Shown here: in pieces, positions 9,734 through 19,705 of the stretch
Numbering within the stretch: position 1 is the first letter of the stretch
Layout: each line of letters opens with the position of its first letter
From: Candidatus Latescibacterota bacterium
Lineage (GTDB): Bacteria > Latescibacterota > UBA2968
Direction: 5' to 3'
DNA length: 64,000 nt
Assembly (NCBI GenBank): GCA_965222605.1
Contig: OZ244960.1
Span: 5,824,001-5,888,000, forward strand
Program-made: the position numbers and the translations under genes
The notes under the pieces: model-generated
Databases searched by the model: none
The model's input: only the letters and a program-made list of their open reading frames with translations
Told to the model about the DNA's origin: nothing

Positions 9734-10816
9734 TTGAAAACCTATCGCGTGGGCATTATTGGATTGGGACGAATGGGTAGCACCATTGACGATGAAGGGC
9801 ATGCTGTAAAACCGTATTCTATTGCGGCCTGTTGTGAGGTGATAGATCAACTCGAACTGGTCGCTGGCTCCGATTTGCAGGCAGATAAGCGGGCAGCTTT
9901 TACCCGGCGATGGGGTGTGGAGGCTGTGTACGAAGATTATCTGGAGATGGTGGATCGAGAGTCGCTCGATCTGGTGGCGGTGTGTACAACCGCATCGGGT
10001 TTGTTTAAGCCTGCCCATGAAGCACCCGATGCCAATTTCAGGGGCGATTCGCATGCGGATTTAACCGTGAGCCTTGCCAATGCTGGGGTGCCGATGTTGT
10101 ATGTGGAGAAGGCCATGGCGAGTTCAATAGCGCGGGCAGATGAGATTTTGGAAGCGGTACGAGCAAATGGCACTGTGTTTAATACGGGTGTTTTGAGACG
10201 ATTTAACGAAAGTTATCACACGGTGCGACGCGCAATTGCCGAGGGTGAAATTGGGGAACCCAAAGCAGCTGTTCACTACGCGGCCTCGTCTTTGATGCAC
10301 GGGCATATCCACTCCATAGATACGCTTTCTTTTTTGCTGGGTGACCCGGAGATTGAAGCGGTGCGGGGTGAATTGTTGCCACGAGATTTTGCGATTGAGA
10401 ACAATCACATTGCTTTTGATCCGAGCGCGACTTTTCAATTGCGATTTGAAAATGGCATAGAAGCCTGGTCGGTACCCGCTGGTGGGTGGGAATTTGAGGT
10501 GATAGGGACAAAAGGGTGCATCCGGTCGATTAATAACGGCGATGGCATAAAGCTGAGAAAAACTGGTACTATGGTCGGCAAACGCCAGGGATGGGATGAT
10601 GCGGAGGTCGCGCCTGTTGTGCCCAAAAGCCATGTGGTGTCGTGTCTCGAGGATTTGATAGACGCTTATGAGCAAGGGCGTCCAACGCTGGGGCATGTGG
10701 AGGTCGCTCATCACATCACTGAGGCTTGTATTGCTGTGGCAGAGAGCCATCGTCGGGGGAGTGCGTGGGTAAATCTGCCGCTAGAAGAAAGGGATTTGTA
10801 CATCTTTCACGTTTAA
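9734..10816 (+). CDS. Gfo/Idh/MocA family oxidoreductase
   Basis: RBS AGGAGG + TTG start; IIGLGRMG, EKAMA. Confidence 0.88.
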   Translation: MKTYRVGIIGLGRMGSTIDDEGHAVKPYSIAACCEVIDQLELVAGSDLQADKRAAFTRRWGVEAVYEDYLEMVDRESLDLVAVCTTASGLFKPAHEAPDANFRGDSHADLTVSLANAGVPMLYVEKAMASSIARADEILEAVRANGTVFNTGVLRRFNESYHTVRRAIAEGEIGEPKAAVHYAASSLMHGHIHSIDTLSFLLGDPEIEAVRGELLPRDFAIENNHIAFDPSATFQLRFENGIEAWSVPAGGWEFEVIGTKGCIRSINNGDGIKLRKTGTMVGKRQGWDDAEVAPVVPKSHVVSCLEDLIDAYEQGRPTLGHVEVAHHITEACIAVAESHRRGSAWVNLPLEERDLYIFHV

Positions 10817-10836
10817 GCCATTATTGGGAGCAGACC

Positions 10837-11913
10837 ATGAAAACATACCGCGCAGCACTGATTGGATGCAGTCGGATGGGAGCATTTATCGACAATGAGG
10901 TGGACAACACGCTGGCGTATTCCCATGCAGCGGGATACGAGGCATGTGATCGAACGGATTTGGTCGCGTGTTCGGATCTGCGCGAAGATGTGATGGCGCA
11001 GGCGGGCGAGCGATATGGGGTTCCAAAATCGCGGCAGTACACGGATTACCGGGAACTTATCAATACGGAAGAGCCAGATATTGTGAGCGTGGCCACGCAG
11101 CCAGAGCAGCGCGCAGAAATTGTGGTGTATGCTGCCGAGCATGGGGCAAAGGCGATTTATGCGGAGAAGGCGATGGCGGCTTCTATGGCGGATGCCGATG
11201 CGATGGTCGATGCGTGTGAGCGCAATGGTGTGTTTTTCAATCTGGGGACCAATCGGCGATGGGATCGAGGGTATGACAGTATGAAAGCGGTGATTGACAG
11301 CGGGCGTATTGGGCAATTGCGGTCGCTGATTATTCATCAGACGAGTTCTCTTTTCAATGGTGCGAGTCACAGTTTTGATCTGTTGATGCGCCTCAATAGC
11401 GACCATCCCGCATTGTGGGTGCAGGCGCATTTATCACAGGGGGCGGATGAGATTGAGGGGAATATTTTGAAGGCGGATCCGGTGGGGCATGGGATTATCC
11501 AGTTTGAAAATGGCGTGACGGCTTATGCCCTCAATTCCGGACGCGGTTTGGAGGTTGAAGCTGTGGGCGATGCGGGGGTTGTGACGAGTTTGCAAAATGG
11601 CGCGGGGTGGCAGGTGCGCGAGGTGGTTGGGCACGATCACAGGGGACGGAATGTGCTGGGGTTTGGGGATTTTCCAGAGGTGGAGCCGACGAGTTCTACG
11701 GTACATTTGATTGAAGACCTGGCACACGCGCTGGATACGGGCGAACCGACGCGGTGCGGTGTGCGGTTGGCACATGCCAATCAGGAATTGATTTTTGCTT
11801 TTGTCGAATCGCACCAGCGAGGGGGCGAGCGGGTGCATCTGCCGTTGAAAGACTGTCCCTATCGCATGGATCGCGGTTTTGCACCCAGGCAACCGAAGTT
11901 TGAACGCGAATAA
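10837..11913 (+). CDS. Gfo/Idh/MocA family oxidoreductase
   Basis: MKTYRAALIGCSRMG, EKAMA; paralogue of the previous gene. Confidence 0.88.
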   Translation: MKTYRAALIGCSRMGAFIDNEVDNTLAYSHAAGYEACDRTDLVACSDLREDVMAQAGERYGVPKSRQYTDYRELINTEEPDIVSVATQPEQRAEIVVYAAEHGAKAIYAEKAMAASMADADAMVDACERNGVFFNLGTNRRWDRGYDSMKAVIDSGRIGQLRSLIIHQTSSLFNGASHSFDLLMRLNSDHPALWVQAHLSQGADEIEGNILKADPVGHGIIQFENGVTAYALNSGRGLEVEAVGDAGVVTSLQNGAGWQVREVVGHDHRGRNVLGFGDFPEVEPTSSTVHLIEDLAHALDTGEPTRCGVRLAHANQELIFAFVESHQRGGERVHLPLKDCPYRMDRGFAPRQPKFERE

Positions 11914-11924
11914 AGGAGGTTATT

Positions 11925-12941
11925 GTGGAATATCGCGAGTTTGGACAGACGGGTTTGAAGGTTTCGGCAATCGGTTTTGGATGCTGGGAATTGGGCGGGG
12001 GGTATGGGTCTATTGATGACGCTGAGGTCGTTGCTGCGGTCAATCGCGCCATCGATTTGGGGATCAATTGTTTTGATACGGCTCAGGGATATGGCAGTGG
12101 TACGTCTGAGCGGTTGCTTGCACGGGCATTGGGACCGAGGCGTAAAGATGTGATTTTGGTCACAAAGTTTGGTATTGGCTATAAACACGGCAGGGACAGC
12201 AGCAAAGAGATGGTCCACCGGGCGATTGAGCAAAGTTTGGAGATGCTGAATACGGATTACGTCGATGTGTATCTGGTGCATTGGCCCGACCGCGATACGC
12301 CTTTTGAAGAGACCATGGGTGCTTTGGAAGAAATCGTCCAGGCCGGGAAGACGCGGTTTGTGGGGCTGTCGAATTTTACGCCTCCAGAAATTGCGCGGTG
12401 TATGGATGCGCGTCACGTGGATGTGTTGCAATACGGCTGTAATTTGTTCGATCGCCGCCATGTGAAATGGACGTTTCCATACGCGGAAGCAAATAATGTG
12501 GGGGTGATGACGTACGGTTCTCTGGCTTATGGCTTGCTCGCTGGCGCGTTTACAGAAGATACGGTTTTTGAAGATAATGATTGGCGGAGAAGAGGCGGTA
12601 GCAATACGACTTTGCGCCTGTTTGATCCGGGTATATTCCAGCGCAATGTTCGGGCGGTGAATGAGTTGAAGAAAATCGCCGCAGGACTGGGCAAAAATCT
12701 GCCGCATATGGCGCTGAATTGGGTGTTGTCTCACCAGGCTGTGAGCACGGCACTGGTGGGTGCGCGAAAGCCGGAAGAGGTTGAAGACAATATGGGTGCT
12801 CTGGGGTGGACATTGGGTGAGGATACAAAGCGGGCAATTGATAGGGTTTTTGCCAAATACGAGATTGATACTGCGCCCAATAAGTGGGGCGAAACTGATG
12901 CGAGGTGGATAGATATTGATCCCGCGGAGTGGACAGGTTGA
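11925..12941 (+). CDS. aldo/keto reductase
   Basis: VSAIGFGCW, FDTAQGYG, TKFG, YLVHWPD, VGLSNF. Confidence 0.93.
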   Translation: MEYREFGQTGLKVSAIGFGCWELGGGYGSIDDAEVVAAVNRAIDLGINCFDTAQGYGSGTSERLLARALGPRRKDVILVTKFGIGYKHGRDSSKEMVHRAIEQSLEMLNTDYVDVYLVHWPDRDTPFEETMGALEEIVQAGKTRFVGLSNFTPPEIARCMDARHVDVLQYGCNLFDRRHVKWTFPYAEANNVGVMTYGSLAYGLLAGAFTEDTVFEDNDWRRRGGSNTTLRLFDPGIFQRNVRAVNELKKIAAGLGKNLPHMALNWVLSHQAVSTALVGARKPEEVEDNMGALGWTLGEDTKRAIDRVFAKYEIDTAPNKWGETDARWIDIDPAEWTG

Positions 12942-12948
12942 GGAGGAT

Positions 12949-13896
12949 ATGATGGATAACGTACGCGTTGGTGTAATTGGATGTGGTGGCCGGGGCAGGG
13001 GACACATCCGAATCTTGAATGAATTTGAAGATGTGCATCTCGCAGCGGTTTGCGATCCGGTTGTGGAGATCCGCGAGTCCGTGTGTGATGAGTATGAGAT
13101 CGAAGGACAATACGGCGATGTTTCCGCGTTGCTCGAAGGCGAGGCTCTCGACGCTGTTTTTGTCGCGCCTCCTGCACACTTAAATGCCACGCTTGCATTG
13201 CCGTGTCTGGAGGCTGGCGTAAATACCTTTTTGGAGAAACCACCGGGTTTGAGTCTGAAAGAAACCAAAGCGTTAAAAGCTGCATCTGAAGAAACGGATG
13301 CGAAAGCCATGGTGGGATGGAATCGGCGATTTCATCCGATTATTGTCGAGGCGCGCAATCTGGTGCTGGATCGCGGTCCCGTGACGCAATTGGTGGGGGA
13401 GTTCCACAAGAGTATCACGGAGTTGGGCAATTCGGGCAAATTTGCCGAGGTACTGATGGATTGTATGCTTTTTGAAACGCCGATTCACGCCATTGATACC
13501 ATCCGCTTTTTGGCAGGTGCTGATGTTTCTGAGGTACACAGTGTGGTGCAGCGGTCTATGTCCGGCTATCGGGATGTACACGCGGCTCTCGTCGCGTTTG
13601 AAAATGGCGTTGTCGCGCAACTTATTCACAATTATACGACCAATGCCAGGCTGGAGCGTTATGAGATCCACGGGCACGAGATTTCGGCTTATATGGAGGG
13701 TGTGTCGCGCGGAGAGGTTTTTTGCGATGGTGAGAAGATGGCGTTGAGCGGGAATGGGTCGGGAACAGATGAACAGAACCGATTTTTCATCGATTGCGTC
13801 AAAGAAGATCGCCCAGTCGCGCTTCCCGCGGCAAATTTGGATGAGGCGATTAAAACGATGGAATTGGCCGAGGCGATTATGGCGGGGACGCGATAA
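12949..13896 (+). CDS. Gfo/Idh/MocA family oxidoreductase
   Basis: VIGCGGRG, LEKPP, GWNRRF. Confidence 0.9.
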   Translation: MMDNVRVGVIGCGGRGRGHIRILNEFEDVHLAAVCDPVVEIRESVCDEYEIEGQYGDVSALLEGEALDAVFVAPPAHLNATLALPCLEAGVNTFLEKPPGLSLKETKALKAASEETDAKAMVGWNRRFHPIIVEARNLVLDRGPVTQLVGEFHKSITELGNSGKFAEVLMDCMLFETPIHAIDTIRFLAGADVSEVHSVVQRSMSGYRDVHAALVAFENGVVAQLIHNYTTNARLERYEIHGHEISAYMEGVSRGEVFCDGEKMALSGNGSGTDEQNRFFIDCVKEDRPVALPAANLDEAIKTMELAEAIMAGTR

Positions 13897-13912
13897 AACC
13901 GGCTTCTTTCTA

Positions 13913-13941
13913 TTGACAATATTTTCCGAATCCCATACTTT
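13913..13941 (+). promoter_or_regulatory. sigma70 promoter for tRNA-Pro
   Basis: TTGACA-17 bp-TACTTT just upstream of the tRNA. Confidence 0.6.
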
Positions 13942-13952
13942 TAAATCAGAAA

Positions 13953-14029
13953 CGAGGTGTGGCTCAGTCCGGTAGAGCACCTGCTTTGGGAGCAGGGGGC
14001 CGGGGGTTCAAATCCCTCCACCTCGACCA
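13953..14029 (+). tRNA. tRNA-Pro(UGG)
   Basis: Cloverleaf CGAGGTG...CACCTCG-A-CCA, anticodon loop TT-TGG-GA, GGTTCAAATCC T-loop. Confidence 0.95.
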
Positions 14030-14034
14030 ATAAA

Positions 14035-14072
14035 CAAGGGGTTGTGAGTTTTTGCTCGCAACCCCTTTTGTT
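14035..14072 (+). terminator. intrinsic terminator after tRNA-Pro
   Basis: AAGGGGTTGTGAG...CTCGCAACCCCTT plus T-rich tail. Confidence 0.7.
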
Positions 14073-14291
14073 TTGAGGTGTAGTGGAACCGCTATAAAGG
14101 CTAATGAACGGGGCAGGACATCGCCCCGTTTTACACCGCTTGACATTGGGCATCAACGTGGTATTTTCTCACACAGAGATAGTGTCAAATGTTGTGGATG
14201 GCGTCGCGCGCAGCATTGAATTAAAGCGTGAACGGGCCTGGACCAGTTGTAATCCGTCCCCAATGCAAGCGCGTGATAATAAGGGTTTTTT

Positions 14292-17200
14292 ATGCTCAAA
14301 TCACTTGACCGCATGGGTACCTGGCGGACTTATTCTCTGGATAGCGGCCTTGCCGGGCTGCGCGTTGAACATATCGCCGAGGACAACGAGGGGTGTATCT
14401 GGTTCGCCACCTGGGACAACGGTGTTAGTCGCTTCGACGGGGACGAGTTCCGGAATTTTACCAAACAGGACGGCCTTGTTAATGATCATATTTATTTTGT
14501 TTCACAAGACAGTCAGAATCGATTGTGGTTCGGTACAGAAAAAGGCGTCTGCTGGTACGACGGGGTGGGTTTCCATTATTTGAAGGGCGATGGGATCGCA
14601 GGCCGATCCGTGCAATCTATCTACGAAGATCGTCAGAGGCGTATATGGTTCGGTGGCACGAGTACCCTGGGGTATTACGATGGTACTGTGTTTCACGACA
14701 TGATTCCGCTCTACCTCCAGCACTACGAGCAGCCTCCTTCTCATCAGTGGGCCATGTGTTGGGGTATTACTCAGGATCCGCAAGGACACCTGTGGTTTGG
14801 CTTTGACCGCCTCATCCGCTTTGATGGTGAATTCTTCCACCGCTATGAAGAGAAAGACGGTTTTCCCTACGAAGGGACCGCCTATGTCGTGGGCCAGGAC
14901 CATACCGGCAAGGTGTGGATTGGTCGGTTCGGAAATCGAGATGAACTCTGGTGCTATGCCGATGGTGCCTTCCAATCTGTTCAGGTAAATTTGGGAGGCT
15001 GGCTACGCAAAATTCAGTGTGACCGTGAAGGGCGAATGTGGTTCTGCACCTCGGAAGGGGTATTGTATCAGGACAGTGACGGATTCAGCAGGTTTCCCCT
15101 TGCCGATGGCTTGTCCCATCCCGCAGTCAAAGCCGTGTTTCAGGATCGCGATCATCAGTATTGGTTCGCCACCTGGAGCGGCGTTGGACTTTACGATGCT
15201 CATAGTATCAGCGTTTTTGACCTCGGTAAGGCTTTTCCCAAAGACAAAGAGCCGAGCGAAATCTCGCAGATCGTACAAGATCGGCAAGGTGATATATGGA
15301 TCGGGTGTGTGTCACCCCTTCTTACTGACCTGCCCCAAAGCGTCGCCCGCTTTGATGGCGAGCACTTTACATTTGTAGGCTCCGAGCAAGGCTTTGATAT
15401 CAACAACTGTTTCTCTATGTACGAGGACCACGAGGGGTATCTGTGGTTTGGCGGCCTCAACGGCCTGTTCCGCTACGATGGGCAGGAAATAAAAAAAATA
15501 AAAATAGCTGCGGGTTCAGGCGACAGGAGTATCAGTACAATTACCCAGGACGCGCAAGGTCAATTCCTTTTCGGCTATTGGGGAAAGGGCACCTATAAAA
15601 CTAAAATCGGATTCAAAAAAGAAGAGTTTTCGACCAGCCCATTAGAGATCATTTACCAGCGGGGCGAGGCGTTCCAAACCATTTTTGTGGAGGATGAAAA
15701 GAAAGATATTTTAGACCGCATTGGCACTGTGATTGCCGGGCGCAACAGCGAGATCTATTTTCATTTGGCCTGCCACAATTTCTCAGTTGGCAACAGGGGC
15801 TTCGCTCGCTGGCATCCCGAAGATGGCCTTAAATTTTATGGAATTGAAGATGGTTTGATAGACCCCAAGGTCAACGACCTGCTATTAGACCGCGCAGGCA
15901 ACCTGTGGATTGCCACTTTGAGCGGTCTCGTTCGTTTTGATGGCTACACTTTCCACACATTCACGACTGAAGACGGTCTGCCGAACAACCGCATTCGGTG
16001 TCTATTCGAGGATCGGCAAGGACACCTCTGGCTCGGGACAGAAGGCGGTGTAGTTCACTACGATGGTCAGCTTTTTCAGACCATCAAGTCACCGCATATA
16101 GGATCGGTTTCTCAGATATTCGAAGATCGCGACGGAACGTTCTATTTTGGCACTGCTCTGGGTTCTATAATACGCTATCGCCAGCGGCAAACTCCGCCCC
16201 AGATTCGCCTGATTCAGGTTGTCGCCGATCAGGTCTATGAGAACTTAGACGACATCATCTTGTCCACGGCAGGACAGCAGGTGATTTTCGAATACAAGGG
16301 GATGAGTTTTTCCACACATCCGCGCGACATGCTCTATGTCTATCGCCTGAAGGGATACGACTCCGACTGGCGTCCAGCGACCCGAAAGATGCGGGCCTTT
16401 TACCGGGGCTTGCCGCCGGGAGACTACACCTTTCAGGTCAGGTCTATAGATCGCGATCTCAATTATTCAGAGATCGCGCAGGTAAGACTCTCGATAACGG
16501 CGGACCCGCGTATCGAAGCATTTACGGACATAATCAACCGTCGAGGAAGCCAGAAGTTTATCGGGCATAGCGAGGCTCTGCGCGAGTTTCTAATCAATCT
16601 TGAAAAAATCGCATCTACCAATATAACTGTGCTGATTATGGGCGAGACAGGTGTGGGCAAGGGACTGGCAGCACGGGTGCTACACGCGCTGAGTAACCAT
16701 AGCGATGGGCCTTTTATAGAGGTTAGTTGCGGTGCATTGCCCGAGGCGTTGATCGATAGCGAACTTTTTGGTCACGAGCAAGGGGCTTTTACCAGCGCTA
16801 TTTCCCGCAGACTGGGCAGGGTGGAACTGGCGGAGGGTGGCACGCTCTTTTTGGATGAGATCGGCGATATGGCTGTGGAAACGCAGGTCAAGCTGTTGCG
16901 CTTGCTGGAAGAGGGCACGTTTGAGCGCGTTGGGAGCAGCGAGACGCTGACGACAAAGACGCGGATTGTGGCAGCGACGAATCGCAATCTGGAAGAGATG
17001 GTCAGCACAGATGATTTTCGGGAGGATCTCTATTACCGCCTCAATGCCTTTCCGATGTATTTGCCGCCGCTGCGCGAGCGCAAGGAGGATATACCATACC
17101 TTGCCGAGTTTTTCAAGAACCGCATGGCGACACATTTAGATAAGCAAATCGGCCCTTTGACAGTAGAGGTTATAGAAGTGCTGCAAGCCTACCATTGGCC

Positions 17201-17498
17201 AGGCAATGTGCGAGAACTGGAGCATACGATAAACCGCGCCGTAATCGTGTGTCAGGATTCTCGAATTGACGTTGGGGATATCGGCCTCATAAGCAGTAGC
17301 TCTCCTGTTTTTACAGACCGAGAAATCGTGCCTTTGGCTGAATATGAACGCGATTACATACTCAAAGTGCTCAAAGCGACCAACTATCAGATAAAAGGTG
17401 TTCATGGTGCAGCGGCACTGCTGGGACTACACCCTTCGACGCTGTATGGGAAAATGAGAAAACAGGGTATCAAACGCCCAGGTAAAGATCATATATAA
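14292..17498 (+). CDS. sigma54-dependent enhancer-binding protein with N-terminal two-component-regulator beta-propeller and Y_Y_Y domains
   Basis: Repeated D-x-x-G-x-L-W-x-G/AT blades; YRLKGYD...YRGLPPGDYTFQV; GETGVGKG, GAFTSA, LFLDEIG, WPGNVRELE; Fis-type HTH. Confidence 0.9.
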   Translation: MLKSLDRMGTWRTYSLDSGLAGLRVEHIAEDNEGCIWFATWDNGVSRFDGDEFRNFTKQDGLVNDHIYFVSQDSQNRLWFGTEKGVCWYDGVGFHYLKGDGIAGRSVQSIYEDRQRRIWFGGTSTLGYYDGTVFHDMIPLYLQHYEQPPSHQWAMCWGITQDPQGHLWFGFDRLIRFDGEFFHRYEEKDGFPYEGTAYVVGQDHTGKVWIGRFGNRDELWCYADGAFQSVQVNLGGWLRKIQCDREGRMWFCTSEGVLYQDSDGFSRFPLADGLSHPAVKAVFQDRDHQYWFATWSGVGLYDAHSISVFDLGKAFPKDKEPSEISQIVQDRQGDIWIGCVSPLLTDLPQSVARFDGEHFTFVGSEQGFDINNCFSMYEDHEGYLWFGGLNGLFRYDGQEIKKIKIAAGSGDRSISTITQDAQGQFLFGYWGKGTYKTKIGFKKEEFSTSPLEIIYQRGEAFQTIFVEDEKKDILDRIGTVIAGRNSEIYFHLACHNFSVGNRGFARWHPEDGLKFYGIEDGLIDPKVNDLLLDRAGNLWIATLSGLVRFDGYTFHTFTTEDGLPNNRIRCLFEDRQGHLWLGTEGGVVHYDGQLFQTIKSPHIGSVSQIFEDRDGTFYFGTALGSIIRYRQRQTPPQIRLIQVVADQVYENLDDIILSTAGQQVIFEYKGMSFSTHPRDMLYVYRLKGYDSDWRPATRKMRAFYRGLPPGDYTFQVRSIDRDLNYSEIAQVRLSITADPRIEAFTDIINRRGSQKFIGHSEALREFLINLEKIASTNITVLIMGETGVGKGLAARVLHALSNHSDGPFIEVSCGALPEALIDSELFGHEQGAFTSAISRRLGRVELAEGGTLFLDEIGDMAVETQVKLLRLLEEGTFERVGSSETLTTKTRIVAATNRNLEEMVSTDDFREDLYYRLNAFPMYLPPLRERKEDIPYLAEFFKNRMATHLDKQIGPLTVEVIEVLQAYHWPGNVRELEHTINRAVIVCQDSRIDVGDIGLISSSSPVFTDREIVPLAEYERDYILKVLKATNYQIKGVHGAAALLGLHPSTLYGKMRKQGIKRPGKDHI

Positions 17499-17632
17499 TC
17501 TCAAGGATCATATATGATCTTTTGTTGTTAAAATACTATTATTAAGATACTTAAGTAATACATAAGAGTTAGACTGATTATTTTTGAGATCATATACGAT
17601 CTCGAAAATATAAAATACAGTCTAACTCTTAT
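17486..17632. promoter_or_regulatory. putative upstream activator sites
   Basis: Three RGATC-ATATAY-RATCT palindromes (17486, 17505, 17587); the third is flanked by a perfect 15 bp inverted repeat ATAAGAGTTAGACTG (17562-17576 / 17618-17632). Confidence 0.6.
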
Positions 17633-17702
17633 TTTTTTATAATAATTCTATCCTGATTAAAAATAACATCTTACGAGTATAGTTATTTGGGTCCATTCAC
17701 AG

Positions 17703-17718
17703 TGGCACACATATTGCA
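17703..17718 (+). promoter_or_regulatory. sigma54 (-24/-12) promoter
   Basis: TGGCAC-ACATA-TTGCA, matching the consensus, downstream of a bEBP gene. Confidence 0.85.
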
Positions 17719-17782
17719 TTATATCTATGTGTTTAATGCCATAAAGGAGAAGATTTAGACTTCAAAGAAAGGAAGGTAGAGT

Positions 17783-18625
17783 ATGAAACATTTTTTGGTA
17801 TTTGTGGTCATTGCAAGTTGCTTGTGGTTATCACATCCGGCGGCGCATGCCGAGTCAGATAGGGCATTTTTGAAGAAGACCATTAAGGAAAACTTGGAGG
17901 GCGCGAGTTCGTCGGAAATCATTTTTGCCAGGTACGGGCGGCGCACCATCACGTTGAAACCCCTCGCGACCAGCCAGTATGAAATGCGCCTGGCACTCTG
18001 GACTTTGATGGGCGAGCCGGTTGAACTTTATGAATGCCTCATGCCGCACTTGGGGAGCCTGATCTTTGGAGCGAACGACGGTTACGCCAATAGAGTTGAA
18101 ATTGTCAGCGTCGGTGATAAAAACGAGACTGACATATCATTCTACGGCGATAGCAAAGTGTACGTCAGCCAGGACGTGTTGGACAAAATCGATTACGTGG
18201 ACTTTAGCTTTTCGATCGTGACCTATGACCTTTTTGAATTGCCGGACGAGTTCTATTCGAAAGACAATAGCATGCGTTTTGGTACTTTTAAAGCGTATAT
18301 CCATTTGAAGAACCCTGGTGTTTTGGCTTCACCCGGCAAATGGGGCTGGGACACGCCAGGAAGTCCTGAATGGGAAAAATTTCTGTCGAAGTATCAATTT
18401 CCTTTGGATGAAGGTAAATACAAGTTGCCGGAAGACCATTACATGGACGAAAAGCAGGCTAAGGAGGCATTTCGCCGCATGCGCTGGCGTTACCACAAAA
18501 AACAGGACTTATTCGTTAAAAACTGGTTCGATATTCATCATTTGCGCGTGAATCCGGACCGTATCCTGGACCTCATCCGCAAACACAGTCCTGAAGCCTA
18601 CGCCGAGATCATGGAAAAAGAATAA
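17783..18625 (+). CDS. secreted hypothetical protein
   Basis: Signal peptide MKHFLVFVVIASCLWLSHPAAHA; RBS; no recognised domain. Confidence 0.7.
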   Translation: MKHFLVFVVIASCLWLSHPAAHAESDRAFLKKTIKENLEGASSSEIIFARYGRRTITLKPLATSQYEMRLALWTLMGEPVELYECLMPHLGSLIFGANDGYANRVEIVSVGDKNETDISFYGDSKVYVSQDVLDKIDYVDFSFSIVTYDLFELPDEFYSKDNSMRFGTFKAYIHLKNPGVLASPGKWGWDTPGSPEWEKFLSKYQFPLDEGKYKLPEDHYMDEKQAKEAFRRMRWRYHKKQDLFVKNWFDIHHLRVNPDRILDLIRKHSPEAYAEIMEKE

Positions 18626-18811
18626 AGCAAGTGAGGTGGAATATGAAACGTTTTTGGTTGTGCTTGAGGTGGATTGATGATTTGCATTTTTCTACCTGGC
18701 TTGTGCAACAGAAAGGCGGTTTACTTATGAGAGGTCAAAGCATAAGTAAAGCAAGTTATCAGTACAAAATAAGACGTGCCTGTTTTTAAGACTACAAGAA
18801 AGGGGTTCAGT

Positions 18812-19582
18812 ATGTGGCGCATGTTTGTCGTCTTGGCCGTTGTGGTGAGTTGCTGGACGGTGTATTCTGTGTATTCCGAACCGAGTTTTCCAATGCCTGA
18901 GATGGTGATGATTCCGTCGGGCAGTTTTCAGATGGGCTGTGTGTCGGGTAGGCGCTGCTCGGACGCTGAGAAACCTGTGCATGAAGTGATGATAGACTCG
19001 TTTGCCCTGTCGAAGTATGAGGTGACCTTTGAGGAGTATGATGCATTCACCGATGCGACGGGACGCGAGCGGGCAGACGATGAAGGTTGGGGGCGTGGTC
19101 GGCGTCCGGTGATCAATGTTTCGTGGTTTGATGCGATGGCCTACACGCAGTGGCTGTCGTCACAGACGGGCAAGACCTATCGTTTGCCGAGCGAGGCGGA
19201 GTGGGAGTATGCAGCGCGCGCGGGAACTGAGACGATGTTTAGCTGGGGGAATGATTCTGGTTACAACCGCGCCAATTGCAATGGCTGTGGCAGTCGGTGG
19301 GATAAAAAACAGACGGCACCAGTGGGATCATTCGAGGCCAATGGCTGGGGCCTTTACGACATGCACGGTAATGTATGGGAGTGGGTACGAGATTGTCGGA
19401 ACGAGAGTTATAGGGGCGCACCGACAGATGGTTCTGCATGGATTGGAATTTGCTCTGAGCGCGTGTTGCGTGGTGGTTCGTGGTACTTCAGCCCGTGGGT
19501 CTTGCGGTCGGCGTATCGCGACTGGTACCCCTCCGGCTATCGGGACGACGTCATCGGTTTTCGAGTTGCCCGGTCTTTTTAG
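18812..19582 (+). CDS. secreted FGE-sulfatase/SUMF1 (C-type lectin fold) protein, DGR-target-like
   Basis: PEMVMIPSGSFQMG, YEVTF, RPVINVSW, YRLPSEAEWEYAARAG, GLYDMHGNVWEW, RGGSW...IGFRVAR. Confidence 0.9.
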   Translation: MWRMFVVLAVVVSCWTVYSVYSEPSFPMPEMVMIPSGSFQMGCVSGRRCSDAEKPVHEVMIDSFALSKYEVTFEEYDAFTDATGRERADDEGWGRGRRPVINVSWFDAMAYTQWLSSQTGKTYRLPSEAEWEYAARAGTETMFSWGNDSGYNRANCNGCGSRWDKKQTAPVGSFEANGWGLYDMHGNVWEWVRDCRNESYRGAPTDGSAWIGICSERVLRGGSWYFSPWVLRSAYRDWYPSGYRDDVIGFRVARSF

Positions 19583-19650
19583 CTCCTGATTCTTTACATC
19601 TTTACTTCATTTGTGGGGCTGGGGACTGGCGGGGGTTTTACGATTTTTTT
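19472..19650 (+). repeat. DGR-type variable repeat VR1 plus conserved 3' tail
   Basis: GGTGGTTCGTGG...TCGGTTTTCGAGTTGCCCGGTCTTTTTAG-CTCCTGATTCTTTACATCTTTAC, shared with 20332 and 20911. Confidence 0.75.
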
Positions 19651-19705
19651 AGCGACCACTATGATTGCACTTGAGTCGGTGAACAAGTATCTAAAGGAGG
19701 CATCT

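Noticed and set aside
11859-13310. Long antisense ORFs (also 3142-4236, 40658-41641, 52467-53087)
   Set aside because: Shadows of well-supported genes on the opposite strand, with no recognisable motifs.
18812-19582. True formylglycine-generating enzyme serving the sulfatase at 53507
   Set aside because: The catalytic Cys pair after RGGSW is absent, the protein has a signal peptide, and that region is the variable repeat.
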